Assembly: GCA_964513245.1 (NCBI GenBank)
Contig: CAZELO010000008.1
Location: 1,170-65,169 of the forward strand
Reading direction: 5' to 3'
Source: an uncultured Candidatus Bathyarchaeia archaeon
Lineage (GTDB): Archaea > Thermoproteota > Bathyarchaeia > Bathyarchaeales > DTEX01
Length of the DNA stretch: 64,000 bases
The notes under the pieces are model-generated. The model was given only the letters and a program-made list of their open reading frames with translations, made no database searches and had not been told where the DNA came from. This document shows positions 1 to 9,237 of this stretch, piece by piece (within the stretch, counting starts at the first letter, position 1; every line of letters starts with the position of its first letter). A program made the position numbers and the translations under genes.

Positions 1-137
1 TAGACGGCTTTCGGCTCAATGAGCGGTCGGCACTTCTCCATGAGCGGCGCTACGTTTTCGGCTTTCAGCCTCTTAAACATGGCGGGACGCAGAAACTCTT
101 CTGTGCTTAGCTCAACGGGCACGGTTACGATTTCCAT
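1..137 (-). CDS. hypothetical protein, N-terminal part only (gene runs off the left edge)
   Basis: A minus-strand ATG at 137 opens the frame MEIVTVPVELSTEEFLRPAMFKRLKAENVAPLMEKCRPLIEPKAV, which stays open to position 1. It is absent from the ORF track because no stop lies inside the window. No family recognised. Confidence 0.3.
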   Translation of the reverse strand, partial: MEIVTVPVELSTEEFLRPAMFKRLKAENVAPLMEKCRPLIEPKAV

Positions 138-272
138 CGGGTATGCCTCGTCTCAGCCGCAGCTTGCCTGGCGGGACACCAAAATATCACGAGAAACGCC
201 GCTTAAAAACGTTGCATCAGCAAGCAGTTTTGCCAGTTGCGTTCAAACAAGCGGCTTCTGGACGGGGAAAGA

Positions 273-436
273 CCCTTGTAGATTTGTCTGACAAATTTTT
301 TTCTGTTTTGTCAGTCACTGACAAATAGTGAAGCCTACCAGAGCCTTTGTAGATTTGATTAACAAACAGAAACCTGCATTGATTATGATTATCAATTTGC
401 CGTTGTCAAAGGGGGTCTTTGTTTGTCTGTCAGATG
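273..436. promoter_or_regulatory. cluster of TTTGTC-N-GACAAA type inverted repeats (operator-like sites)
   Basis: atttgtctgacaaat at 282-296 and tttgtcagtcactgacaaa at 307-325 are near-perfect palindromes. There is a degenerate copy at 353-366 and tttgtctgtca near 423-433. cttgtagatttg is directly repeated at 275-286 and 346-357. Confidence 0.3.
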
Positions 437-496
437 TGTGTCCATGATCAGAAGAGGTTGCTTTACGTTTCCTTTTTTGAGGCGTGTCGAAATGGC

Positions 497-1711
497 TCAT
501 TCCCAAAACAGCGGCATGTTGCTTCCTGTTGGGGTTCCTCTTGGGAAGAGGGTTTTGATGAGTTGTGTCGCCTGTTTTCCGCCTTTGATCTTCAGTTTGG
601 ATGTGGCAGCCAGTTCGCATATGTCTTTGCATCCTGTTACCAGCGGGTTAAGGGATGCCAGCGGGATTTCGAGCTCGTAGTCTGCTTGGCTGTTGTCTGG
701 GCTGGCGGAGACTTTTCCGTGGTTGATGCTTAGAGTTGCGGCGTCTTCCTCGCTTGCTATCTTCAAAGTGCACGCTGTATTGTGGAGTTCTGAACGGCAA
801 AGCCTCTGCTCAAGTTCCCGCTCCATTTTGCTTAATAGCGATGGCAGGTTCAGGACACGCGCCATGCCTGCCCCGCCGAAACTGCTTATGCGTATCTCGG
901 CTTTGTGCCAGAGGGCGAAGCGGGCGAAGGGGTGATCTGGATGGACTAGGCAGCGGAGCTCTTCGAAGCCTTTCTCTTTGGCTGTTTCCAGAAGACCGTT
1001 GTAGATGATCCCGCATGCCTCGTGATTTAAGACGCCTATCTCGTGGGCACATGGGCGACCCCAATCTGTGCCGATGGAGCAATAACCGATCACCCTAGCC
1101 TTCTTGTCCGTGAAGACCTCGAGTTTGGCTTTAGAACCGCTTGGCTTCCAATGCGACATCGTTGGCGAACGGATTTCTGCGCACGAAATTGCCTCCGTGT
1201 TCTTGTGGTAGATGCGCGTCATCTGCCCGAGATCGCTTTCCGTAAAGGCTCTCCGCTCGCATGGATCTGCTTCCACGGGTCTGCCCTGTTCGGGCTTTAT
1301 GAGAACCTCCGGTCGCATCATGGCAGGCGAATACCCGTAGTGCGGATAGAGCCACGGGACGCCCCAAAGAATCGAAAGGTCGAACCCCTGAGCCCGCATG
1401 TACCGCACGGCATCCCGCATCACGGCTGAGCAGTAGCCCTTTCCCTTGTGGTCGGGATGGGTTCCTACTGGAGAGACAATCGCGCCCTTTACGATGGCTG
1501 TTCCTATCCTTAGAGGGCGCCTGATAAGCATCATCATGCTCACGATCTTTCCGCCGGCTTCTACGACGCGCAGGTCGCCCCTTCGAAAATTCGGATCCGC
1601 CTCGCAGGTGACGCTGACTATGGCATGCACAAGTGGCTCTTGCTTGAATGCGCTGCTCAATAGTTCGTGCACTTCGGCATGGTCCGCTGCATCGGCTGCT
1701 CTCACAATCAT
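497..1711 (-). CDS. GNAT family N-acetyltransferase, Eis-like architecture (GNAT plus C-terminal SCP2-like domain)
   Basis: 404-aa ORF. It has an N-terminal GNAT core (RRPLRIGTAIVKGAIVSPVGTHPDHKGKGYCSAVMRDAVRYMRAQGFDLSIL) and a long C-terminal extension, as in Eis/COG4552-type enzymes. Confidence 0.7.
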   Translation of the reverse strand: MIVRAADAADHAEVHELLSSAFKQEPLVHAIVSVTCEADPNFRRGDLRVVEAGGKIVSMMMLIRRPLRIGTAIVKGAIVSPVGTHPDHKGKGYCSAVMRDAVRYMRAQGFDLSILWGVPWLYPHYGYSPAMMRPEVLIKPEQGRPVEADPCERRAFTESDLGQMTRIYHKNTEAISCAEIRSPTMSHWKPSGSKAKLEVFTDKKARVIGYCSIGTDWGRPCAHEIGVLNHEACGIIYNGLLETAKEKGFEELRCLVHPDHPFARFALWHKAEIRISSFGGAGMARVLNLPSLLSKMERELEQRLCRSELHNTACTLKIASEEDAATLSINHGKVSASPDNSQADYELEIPLASLNPLVTGCKDICELAATSKLKIKGGKQATQLIKTLFPRGTPTGSNMPLFWE

Positions 1712-1906
1712 TTGCCGTCACACCAGCAATATTCGATTATTCGATCAACTCAAGTATAAAGGGTCTTTTCAACATTTCCATGCAACCAAAAAAGCCCCTT
1801 CTAATGTCATTGACGAATGTTCCAGCGTATATTTTTGCATGTTAAATAGTAATAAATACTCCGAGTGCCGAAAAATCTTACAGACACGGGTTTGAAGGGG
1901 ACACAA

Positions 1907-2206
1907 ATGAAGCAAACTCTGGAATTCAAAATCGACCTAACAAAAATTGAAGGCGAAGGAGAGTTCACCTGCCCACGCTGCGGACAAGCAATCTCCCCGG
2001 ACGCGGAGCCCGGCGAAACCTACGAAATCGTTGACTACGCGGCAGACGGAGACGGCTCAACAGAAGAAATAGTCATCCGCTGCGAGAGATGCATGTCAAC
2101 ACTCCACATCGGAGGATTTGAACTACTAAAAGACCTCGGCATCAACGACGCCGAACAAGAAAACGAACCGCAAGACGCAAAGCCAAACCTAACACTTGAC
2201 AAATAG
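1907..2206 (+). CDS. small acidic zinc-ribbon protein
   Basis: CPRCG and CERC cysteine pairs. The start was moved to the internal ATG (MKQTLEFKIDL) because the longer ORF begins in an AT-rich promoter-like region. Confidence 0.45.
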   Translation: MKQTLEFKIDLTKIEGEGEFTCPRCGQAISPDAEPGETYEIVDYAADGDGSTEEIVIRCERCMSTLHIGGFELLKDLGINDAEQENEPQDAKPNLTLDK

Positions 2207-2316
2207 CCAAGAAACAGGGCTGATAGGGACACAGCCATTTAGCATTTTACGAAGGGCTTATCTGAATCACGTGGCATGTATCTATTTAAATTCTAGAAAT
2301 GTTTCTTCGTATCTAG

Positions 2317-3477
2317 GTGCACGCGATGGAAGCAGCCGCCAAAAGGCAGCCGAACGCACAGTTCGCGAGAGAAGCAGCAACAACCATTCTCCTAGCATTC
2401 GCAGCGTTAGAACTGCTATCTCTGGCACAGATCGCACCGAGCCCAGCGTCAACCCTGCCATACCCCGCAAACATCGGCACCAGCAGCCTAATCATTCTCT
2501 TCAGCCTCCTCGGCGCATATGGGCTTGTAGCTCGGAACCCCAGATGGATGTTCTTCGCGTTCCTAACCCCCGCATGGGAGGCCGTGCTCGGCGGCGCATC
2601 ACTCATCGCCGATTCCCAACAAGGCTTTCAAACAGCCATCGCAGTTCAAGGCTCAGCCGCGCTGATTCTGGGCGCTGCTTCTCTGTGGTTTGCCCTACAA
2701 TTCCATAAATCGCTGTCCCAAAGCAGCTCTGACCAAACCCCATCCGCAGGTTCAAACGGCTCCAGCAGCTCAGAATACGCTGTGCAGCTGGTTGACACGG
2801 TCAAGAAGTATTTTGTAGGCCCGATTGTCGTGTCAGCCATAGACGGGTTGACGTTCGGCGTCAAGAGAGGCGAATTCGTCGCCATAATGGGTCCTTCAGG
2901 CTGCGGCAAATCAACCTTGCTGAACCTGATAGGTGCATTGGACAAGCCAACGTCGGGCAAGGTTCTGATCGACGGAATTGACCTTTCAACCTTTGACGAG
3001 AGAAACTTGGCTTACCTCCGAAATGAGAAGATAGGCTTCGTCTTCCAGTCTTACAACCTGATCAACAGATCAACAGTCTTCAGAAACGTCGAACTCCCAA
3101 CCTTGGTGAAAGGCCTGCCTAAGAAGGACAGAGAAAGACGCGTCAGAGAGATGCTTGAAGTCGTCGGCATCATAGACAAGGCACATCGAAAGCCGAAGAT
3201 GCTCAGCGGCGGCGAACAACAGCGCGTCGCAATCGCCAGAGCCCTCATAAACAGTCCCAGCCTCATACTCGCCGACGAACCCACCGGGAACCTAGACTCG
3301 AAATCCGGGAAAGACATCATGAGTTTCATGCAGAAGCTGAACGGGGAAACCGGCACAACAATAATCATAGTGACACACGACAAGGCAATGGGCGAAATGA
3401 CAGACAGAATCGTTTATCTTAGGGACGGAAGAATTATTACGGAAGAAAAAAGAGGCATAACCAAAACCGAGGTGTAA
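2317..3477 (+). CDS. ABC transporter ATP-binding protein (MacB/LolD-like) with about 150-aa N-terminal hydrophobic extension
   Basis: Walker A GPSGCGKSTLLN, signature LSGGEQQRVAIARAL, Walker B LILADEPTGNLD. The N-terminal third is hydrophobic, with about 4 predicted helices. Confidence 0.85.
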   Translation: MHAMEAAAKRQPNAQFAREAATTILLAFAALELLSLAQIAPSPASTLPYPANIGTSSLIILFSLLGAYGLVARNPRWMFFAFLTPAWEAVLGGASLIADSQQGFQTAIAVQGSAALILGAASLWFALQFHKSLSQSSSDQTPSAGSNGSSSSEYAVQLVDTVKKYFVGPIVVSAIDGLTFGVKRGEFVAIMGPSGCGKSTLLNLIGALDKPTSGKVLIDGIDLSTFDERNLAYLRNEKIGFVFQSYNLINRSTVFRNVELPTLVKGLPKKDRERRVREMLEVVGIIDKAHRKPKMLSGGEQQRVAIARALINSPSLILADEPTGNLDSKSGKDIMSFMQKLNGETGTTIIIVTHDKAMGEMTDRIVYLRDGRIITEEKRGITKTEV

Positions 3478-3483
3478 CAAGAT

Positions 3484-5115
3484 ATGACCGCCAAAGATAG
3501 AAATCCGATTTTATGTTGCTTGATTGCGCTTATTGTAGGCATACTAATCGGTGCGCTGCCTGTTCTCGCAGCGCCATCCGCCACCTTCAAAATAGAGCAG
3601 GTGGTCTGGGGAACATCCACCACCAACACGGTTACAGTTGCGCCTGGAGACACCGATGCGCCGCTGACCCTGAACGTGAGAAACAAGTCAAGCTACCCTC
3701 TGAACGGCATCTACGCAACGCTTTACTTGAACAGCAACGCGGGAGGCATCTACGTGTTCACGAACACAACCGGCGGGCTCGAAGCCAGCGCCGTAGGACA
3801 GGCACTTCAGGTCGGCGACATAATGTACCAAACAGGCGAAGTCCAGCCTGGAACAGCCTTCGCTTTAACCTTCAGGCTGAACATCGACTTAGGTGCGAAG
3901 CCTGGAAATTACGTCTACGCCGTGAGGATCGAATACCTTGTTAACCAGTCAGGCGTCATCTCGGACGGGGTGCCCCAAACACTCGACGTGACCGTCAATG
4001 TGCCTAACAGGGCGCCCATAATCGGCACTGCCACGCCGATGAGCGCGAATCCCACGGTTTATGTTGGCGATTTCCTGAATTTCTCGGCAACTTGCCGCGA
4101 CCCAGATGGAGACAACTTGACGTACAGGTGGACCTTGGACGATCAGGTAGTCGCAAACACGACTGGGTTCATTTACACGCCGAGCGACAGTGCCGTGGGT
4201 TCTCACACGGTGGTCCTGAGGACCAGCGATGGCACGCTTTATGCATCGCAAACTTGGAACGTGGTGGTTGACAAGATAAGAAAGACGGACTTGGCTATCT
4301 CAAGCAACTATCTCACGGCGGGCCTAGCCAACCAGCTGAACATAACGCTTGGGAACAACCTTTGGAAGGGCACCGTGGACATCAGTATGACTCTTCCAGC
4401 TCAAGCCCCTCTCGTCTTCCAAGGCGACAGCGCATGGACGTTCAGACAGGTTGAGCCCAACGCTTCAGTCTCTCTCGAACCGAGCGTCTATGCGCCGTCT
4501 TCGGTTGTCGGCTCCACCTTTACGGCTACGTTGTCGGTTACCTACAGCGACGAGTATGGGCGAAGCTACACTGACACGCACAGCATCGGGCTAATCGTGA
4601 GGGGCCTGATAGACATCGTGGTCTACGACATCGGCTCTACTCCGCAACCCACATATTCTGGCTCAACTGTGTCCATAATTGCCACGCTTCTGAACAAGGG
4701 AAACATCGCTGCCACAAATCTGAATGCATCTCTCCAATCCAGCCCAGTTCTGGTCCTTTCTTCGCTTAGCAGGTACTATATGGACCAGGCGGAGAAGAAC
4801 TCGCCTGAACCCTTCAGCCTGAAAGCAACGGTGAAGGCTGACACGGCTGAGGGAATGTATCCTGTGACTTTTTCTGTGACATATATGGATGACCAGTATG
4901 TCGAGCATACCCTCATGTTCGAGGCGTATGTGACTGTTGCCCAACGAAGCGACAACGGCGGCTCCCAAAACGGGGAATCACCATTCTTGCTCTTCCTGCA
5001 GAACGGCGGCTGGACATTGCTGGTCCTAATTGCCGTGGCAGTCGTCCTTTCCGTGCTGTACGTGCGCCGGGTCCTGAGAACTGAGCCGCAGACCGTTAAG
5101 AAGGTTGAGGGTTAG
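3484..5115 (+). CDS. secreted, membrane-anchored surface protein with PKD-like repeat (COG1361-like partner of archaeal MacB-type ABC systems)
   Basis: N-terminal signal/TM (ILCCLIALIVGILIGALPVLAAP), a PKD-like segment (FSATCRDPDGDNLTYRWTLDD) and a C-terminal TM anchor (WTLLVLIAVAVVLSVLYV). It sits between the ABC ATPase and the FtsX permease. Confidence 0.65.
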   Translation: MTAKDRNPILCCLIALIVGILIGALPVLAAPSATFKIEQVVWGTSTTNTVTVAPGDTDAPLTLNVRNKSSYPLNGIYATLYLNSNAGGIYVFTNTTGGLEASAVGQALQVGDIMYQTGEVQPGTAFALTFRLNIDLGAKPGNYVYAVRIEYLVNQSGVISDGVPQTLDVTVNVPNRAPIIGTATPMSANPTVYVGDFLNFSATCRDPDGDNLTYRWTLDDQVVANTTGFIYTPSDSAVGSHTVVLRTSDGTLYASQTWNVVVDKIRKTDLAISSNYLTAGLANQLNITLGNNLWKGTVDISMTLPAQAPLVFQGDSAWTFRQVEPNASVSLEPSVYAPSSVVGSTFTATLSVTYSDEYGRSYTDTHSIGLIVRGLIDIVVYDIGSTPQPTYSGSTVSIIATLLNKGNIAATNLNASLQSSPVLVLSSLSRYYMDQAEKNSPEPFSLKATVKADTAEGMYPVTFSVTYMDDQYVEHTLMFEAYVTVAQRSDNGGSQNGESPFLLFLQNGGWTLLVLIAVAVVLSVLYVRRVLRTEPQTVKKVEG

Positions 5116-5120
5116 GAACC

Positions 5121-6302
5121 TTGTCTATGTTCAGCCTTTCCTTTGAGGCTCTTAAGGAAAGAAGGCTTAGATCGGCACTCACGATTCTCATGGTGGTCAT
5201 GGGCGGTAGCCTCATTGTAGCCGTGAACGGGATAAGCACTGGCACCCTAGCCTACATAGATGACCAGTTTTCGCTTGTCGGCGCAAACCTCCTCATAGTC
5301 TCACCGAGGGGCCAAGCAACGGATATGGACGACCAGTTGGTGAACGACATTGCAAAGATCGAAGGCATCATAGACGTGGTTCCCTTCATCCAACAAGTCT
5401 CTGCCATGAGTTCACGCGGCGATTCGCAGTCCGTCATCGTGATGGGCCTTGACCAGTCGAAGCTCAGCCTGATCTTTCCTTCGCTTTCAGTCAGCGAAGG
5501 CTCACTTGTCTCCTCTTCCGACAGCACAGGAATACTGCTGGGAAACCAGATAGTGTACTCTTCAGAGGGAACTGAACCGTTCACCGAACTCAACCAAGTC
5601 GTCCGCATAGCGTTTGCAGAGACGGTTCAGGGCAGGCAGGTTTACCACGAGAAGTCCCTTTCAGTGAGAGGTATCCTCGCGTATCTGGGCAGCGGGTTCG
5701 TGCCGCTGGATCAGGCAGCCTTCATTTCGCTTTCCGCTGCCGAGTCCTTCTTCAACCGCCGCAATGCCTACGACGGCATATACGTGATAACGGGTGATCC
5801 CTCGAAGAACGATGAGATAAGGGACACGCTGCTGGAAAGGTACAACGTGAATGTGCTTTCGCCGAAGTCCATAGCGGATGTCATCCAGCGGATCTCCTCA
5901 GCCATTTCGCTCTTCGTAGACGGCATCGCAGGCATCTCGCTTCTCGTGGCATCAGTCGGCATAATAACCACCATGTGGACCAGCATGCTTGAACGCATAC
6001 GCGAGATAGGCATACTGAAGGCTCTAGGCTTCAGCAGCGCAAAGATATTGAGGCTCTTCCTAAACGAAGCCATAATAATCGGCTTAATGGGCGGCACACT
6101 CGGCCTAGCAACAGGCGTAGGCCTAGCATATGTCCTGCGGGAATTCTTGACAGGAACCTTCGAGTTCATCACGCCCAGCTTCACGCCGCAGTCCTTCATA
6201 TCCACGTGGCTCCTATGCCTAATCCTCAGCATGATCTCAGGCTTCTACCCCGCCTGGCAAGCCAGCAAACTAGACCCCGTGGCATCTCTGAGACACGAAT
6301 AA
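5121..6302 (+). CDS. ABC transporter permease, FtsX/MacB family
   Basis: N-terminal TM, a large extracytoplasmic domain and a C-terminal FtsX-type 3-TM bundle (REIGILKALGFSSAKILRLFLNEAIIIG). Confidence 0.85.
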   Translation: MSMFSLSFEALKERRLRSALTILMVVMGGSLIVAVNGISTGTLAYIDDQFSLVGANLLIVSPRGQATDMDDQLVNDIAKIEGIIDVVPFIQQVSAMSSRGDSQSVIVMGLDQSKLSLIFPSLSVSEGSLVSSSDSTGILLGNQIVYSSEGTEPFTELNQVVRIAFAETVQGRQVYHEKSLSVRGILAYLGSGFVPLDQAAFISLSAAESFFNRRNAYDGIYVITGDPSKNDEIRDTLLERYNVNVLSPKSIADVIQRISSAISLFVDGIAGISLLVASVGIITTMWTSMLERIREIGILKALGFSSAKILRLFLNEAIIIGLMGGTLGLATGVGLAYVLREFLTGTFEFITPSFTPQSFISTWLLCLILSMISGFYPAWQASKLDPVASLRHE

Positions 6303-6436
6303 AAACGAATACGACCAAAGTGTACGAAATGGGAAAGTACAACGAGATCCTGTGGGAAACGCATCTAAAAACTTGTACACACCCAAGCATAGTCGGAATC
6401 AGCGAACATTTCATGATAATCTGCAGAAAAAAGCAA

Positions 6437-7234
6437 TCACAACCTTCTAGCCTTGAAACCTAGAAGAACATGCCCCGACTCTTTGAATCCAACTTTCTCG
6501 TAGACCCTGATAGCGGCATAGTTGTCCTTCGAAACCCACAACACCGCGGTCTTGCCCGTGCGGGCTATCTCTGCGACCAGAGCTGAAGTAACAGAGGTTG
6601 CTAAGCCCCTGCCTCTGAACTCGGGATCTGTGTGGATGCCTCTGATGAAAGCCACGTCGCCTTTTATGTAGGACACTGTTGCCATGGAAACCATCTTCCC
6701 ATCCAGATACGCGCCATAGGAAAAGCCTCGGCTAAGCGCGTTTTCCACGTGTGTCCTTCGTTCCTCGCCGAATACGAGCGCAACTTGATCGAGGTCTTCG
6801 GCATCCAGTTTTTTCACCTTGTGCCTGATCAAAAGGTTCAACTTGCCTGTGGCTGTACTCATGATGAGAAAAGTCGTTATCTTGCCGCTGCTGAAAGGGT
6901 CCAAGGGCTCAACGGGCTCAAAGATTTTTCTTACAATCTCCAAGCATTGGGGTTCCACGGTGAAGACGGCTTCATCTAGGCAGATGCGGGCTATGAGTTG
7001 TCTTGCGCTTTCCTCGTTTCCGTGGATGTGGATGATCCTGCCATCGTACTCGAGAAGGTAGCCAAGCAGTTTCTCAGGCGCCGCTTCTCCGAATGCAAGC
7101 CAGATCTTCGTTCTGTCTCGCCCAAATTCCAGATCATAGAATGTGAAAAGGTGGAGAATCATGCCTTGTCTCATGAAGCTGAGGAGGCATTCCATGTTCG
7201 TATCCTGCAGTGGAACGATCCTCAAAGGAGCCAC
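6437..7234 (-). CDS. GNAT family N-acetyltransferase
   Basis: The C-terminal half carries an acetyl-CoA binding motif (IRGIHTDPEFRGRGLATSVTSALV ... YEKVGF). Confidence 0.7.
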   Translation of the reverse strand: MAPLRIVPLQDTNMECLLSFMRQGMILHLFTFYDLEFGRDRTKIWLAFGEAAPEKLLGYLLEYDGRIIHIHGNEESARQLIARICLDEAVFTVEPQCLEIVRKIFEPVEPLDPFSSGKITTFLIMSTATGKLNLLIRHKVKKLDAEDLDQVALVFGEERRTHVENALSRGFSYGAYLDGKMVSMATVSYIKGDVAFIRGIHTDPEFRGRGLATSVTSALVAEIARTGKTAVLWVSKDNYAAIRVYEKVGFKESGHVLLGFKARRL

Positions 7235-7387
7235 AAACCCTCCGCAAATCCATTTTCAAAAATATTGCTTCGCACATATGCATCTTTCGGTCACACGAGA
7301 AGAGGGCTCAGCCTAGCCTTCAGCCAAAACCTAAAAATACGGCGCAGCAATTCTCTATGCAATAATGTGTCATTAAGGTGCCCTCTG

Positions 7388-8026
7388 ATGAAGGAAACCT
7401 GCGTCAACGTGCTTAGCCGCCCCGAGCTTGAGAAGCCTTGGCTAGTTGTAGGGCTTCCGGGCATCGGAAACGTGGGCAAGAGGGCGGCACAGCTCCTCGT
7501 CGAACTCACGCATGCAGAGCTATTCGCTGAGCTTTACTCACCTTCATTTCCAGACTTGGTGCTCATAGACAAGGACGGATTGTGTCGCCCGCCGCGGTAC
7601 GAGTTCCACGCGTCAACATCCAGCAACCTAATGATTCTCACAGGGGACGCTCAGCCCCAGCTGGAAGACGTGACGGCGCATCATGAGGTCTGCGGCAAAA
7701 TCTTGAACTTCGTCGCCGAGCTTGGATGCAGATTCATCGTCACAGTTGAGGGCATACCCTTGGCTGAAACCGAAAAGGCTGTCTACGTTGCCGCCACATC
7801 GAAGAAGCTGCTGGCAAAATACCTAGAGCAAAAAGCCACACCATACAAGGGGGACAGAATAGTAGGCGGATCAGGAATACTGCTGGGACTCGCGAAGCTA
7901 AGCGGGCTGGAAGGCGTCTGCCTGATCGGCTCGGTATCAGACATAACTGATGACCAAGAAGCCGCATTCAAAGTCCTGAAACTTCTGCGCAGGATTGTGG
8001 GACCCACCCTCAAAGAGGGACCGTAG
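7388..8026 (+). CDS. PAC2 family proteasome assembly chaperone-like protein
   Basis: PWLVVGLPGIGNVGKRAAQLL and the LILTGDAQP pattern are typical of archaeal PAC2/COG1938. The start was trimmed to ATG 7388 because the longer ORF overlaps the antisense GNAT gene. Confidence 0.65.
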   Translation: MKETCVNVLSRPELEKPWLVVGLPGIGNVGKRAAQLLVELTHAELFAELYSPSFPDLVLIDKDGLCRPPRYEFHASTSSNLMILTGDAQPQLEDVTAHHEVCGKILNFVAELGCRFIVTVEGIPLAETEKAVYVAATSKKLLAKYLEQKATPYKGDRIVGGSGILLGLAKLSGLEGVCLIGSVSDITDDQEAAFKVLKLLRRIVGPTLKEGP

Positions 8027-8082
8027 AAACATATCTTATATACAGGTAATCTGTAGAAAAGACTATTTGTGGTGTATGCTAG

Positions 8083-9147
8083 ATGAGCAGCGGCAAGAAA
8101 GCTCGAATAGGCGTCATTGGGCTCGGCATGGGACGAACCCACCTGAGAAGTTACCGCGATTATACGCGTTCTGAGGTCATCGCGATCTGCGACAAGGACA
8201 AAACACTGCTCAAAAGCATCGCGAACGAGTACAAAGTGCCCCACGTCTACACTGACATCAACGAGATGCTGGATGCACCTCTCGACCTAGATGGCGTGAG
8301 CGTCGCGTTACCTAATTATCTGCACGCATCCACCGCGATCAAGGTGCTCAGCCAAGGCATCAACGTTCTCTGCGAGAAACCGATGGCTATGAATGCGGAA
8401 GAAGCCTCACGAATGGTTGCGGCGGCGAAAAAGAACGGGAAGAGGCTGATGATCAACTTCAACCAGAGGTTCACCGACCACAGCATGTACCTGAAGCGCA
8501 TGGTGGAGAAGGGAACAATCGGCGACATCTACTACTGCAGAACAGCATGGCACAGGCGCAGGGGCGGGATTCCAAGGTTCGGAGGCTGGTTCGGCATCAA
8601 GGAGATGTCAGGCGGAGGTCCGCTAATCGACATCGGCGTGCACAGATTGGACCTGGCGCTGTGGTTCATAGGTTACCCGCACGCTGTCTCGGTCTCATCC
8701 AGCACATACAGCTGTCTGGGACACAGGCTTGCCGAGGAAGCAGGCGTAAAGTTTGATGTGGAGGATCTTGCCGCGGCGTTCATCAGGCTTGAGAACGGCG
8801 CCACATTGGTCTTGGAGACGAGCTGGGATGGCTACTCAGAGAAGAGGGAAGACATGGTGACTCATCTCTTCGGCACGAAGGGCGGCATCATTCAGAGAAA
8901 CATTGGCGAGACCTACAACTTCGAGGCGAAAGTCTTCACTGAGGATGAGGGCATGCTTAAGGAAACCGTGTTGCTGGGAAGCGTTGGCAGGGCAACCAAG
9001 AATTCGATGATGCACTTTGTAGACTGCATCCTAGACGATGAGGAACCCATAGCCACAGGCGAGCAAGGGCTAGAGATCATGAAAATAATTGACGCGATAT
9101 ACCTTTCAGCCAAGCAAGGAAGAGAGATACAATTGTCTCAAAAGTAG
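8083..9147 (+). CDS. Gfo/Idh/MocA family oxidoreductase
   Basis: N-terminal Rossmann motif (ARIGVIGLGMGRTH), the EKPMA motif and a C-terminal alpha/beta domain. Confidence 0.85.
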   Translation: MSSGKKARIGVIGLGMGRTHLRSYRDYTRSEVIAICDKDKTLLKSIANEYKVPHVYTDINEMLDAPLDLDGVSVALPNYLHASTAIKVLSQGINVLCEKPMAMNAEEASRMVAAAKKNGKRLMINFNQRFTDHSMYLKRMVEKGTIGDIYYCRTAWHRRRGGIPRFGGWFGIKEMSGGGPLIDIGVHRLDLALWFIGYPHAVSVSSSTYSCLGHRLAEEAGVKFDVEDLAAAFIRLENGATLVLETSWDGYSEKREDMVTHLFGTKGGIIQRNIGETYNFEAKVFTEDEGMLKETVLLGSVGRATKNSMMHFVDCILDDEEPIATGEQGLEIMKIIDAIYLSAKQGREIQLSQK

Positions 9148-9237
9148 CCACGGAATCCCTCATTTTTCAGTTCAGCGCCAGAACAACGCAATCTGACACT
9201 TGGCATGATATTCACATATACTTGGTGGACAGCAAGA

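Noticed and set aside
1043-1895. Several long ORFs overlapping the Eis-like GNAT gene on the opposite strand or in other frames (1131-1721 minus, 1043-1429 plus, 1446-1895 plus).
   Set aside because: Their translations are Arg/Ser/Pro-rich and low-complexity. This is typical of shadow frames of a GC-rich real gene, and they show no motifs.
6998-7387. N-terminal 130-aa extension of the PAC2 ORF.
   Set aside because: It lies antisense within the GNAT gene 6437-7234 and has no PAC2 similarity. The conserved PAC2 sequence starts right after ATG 7388.
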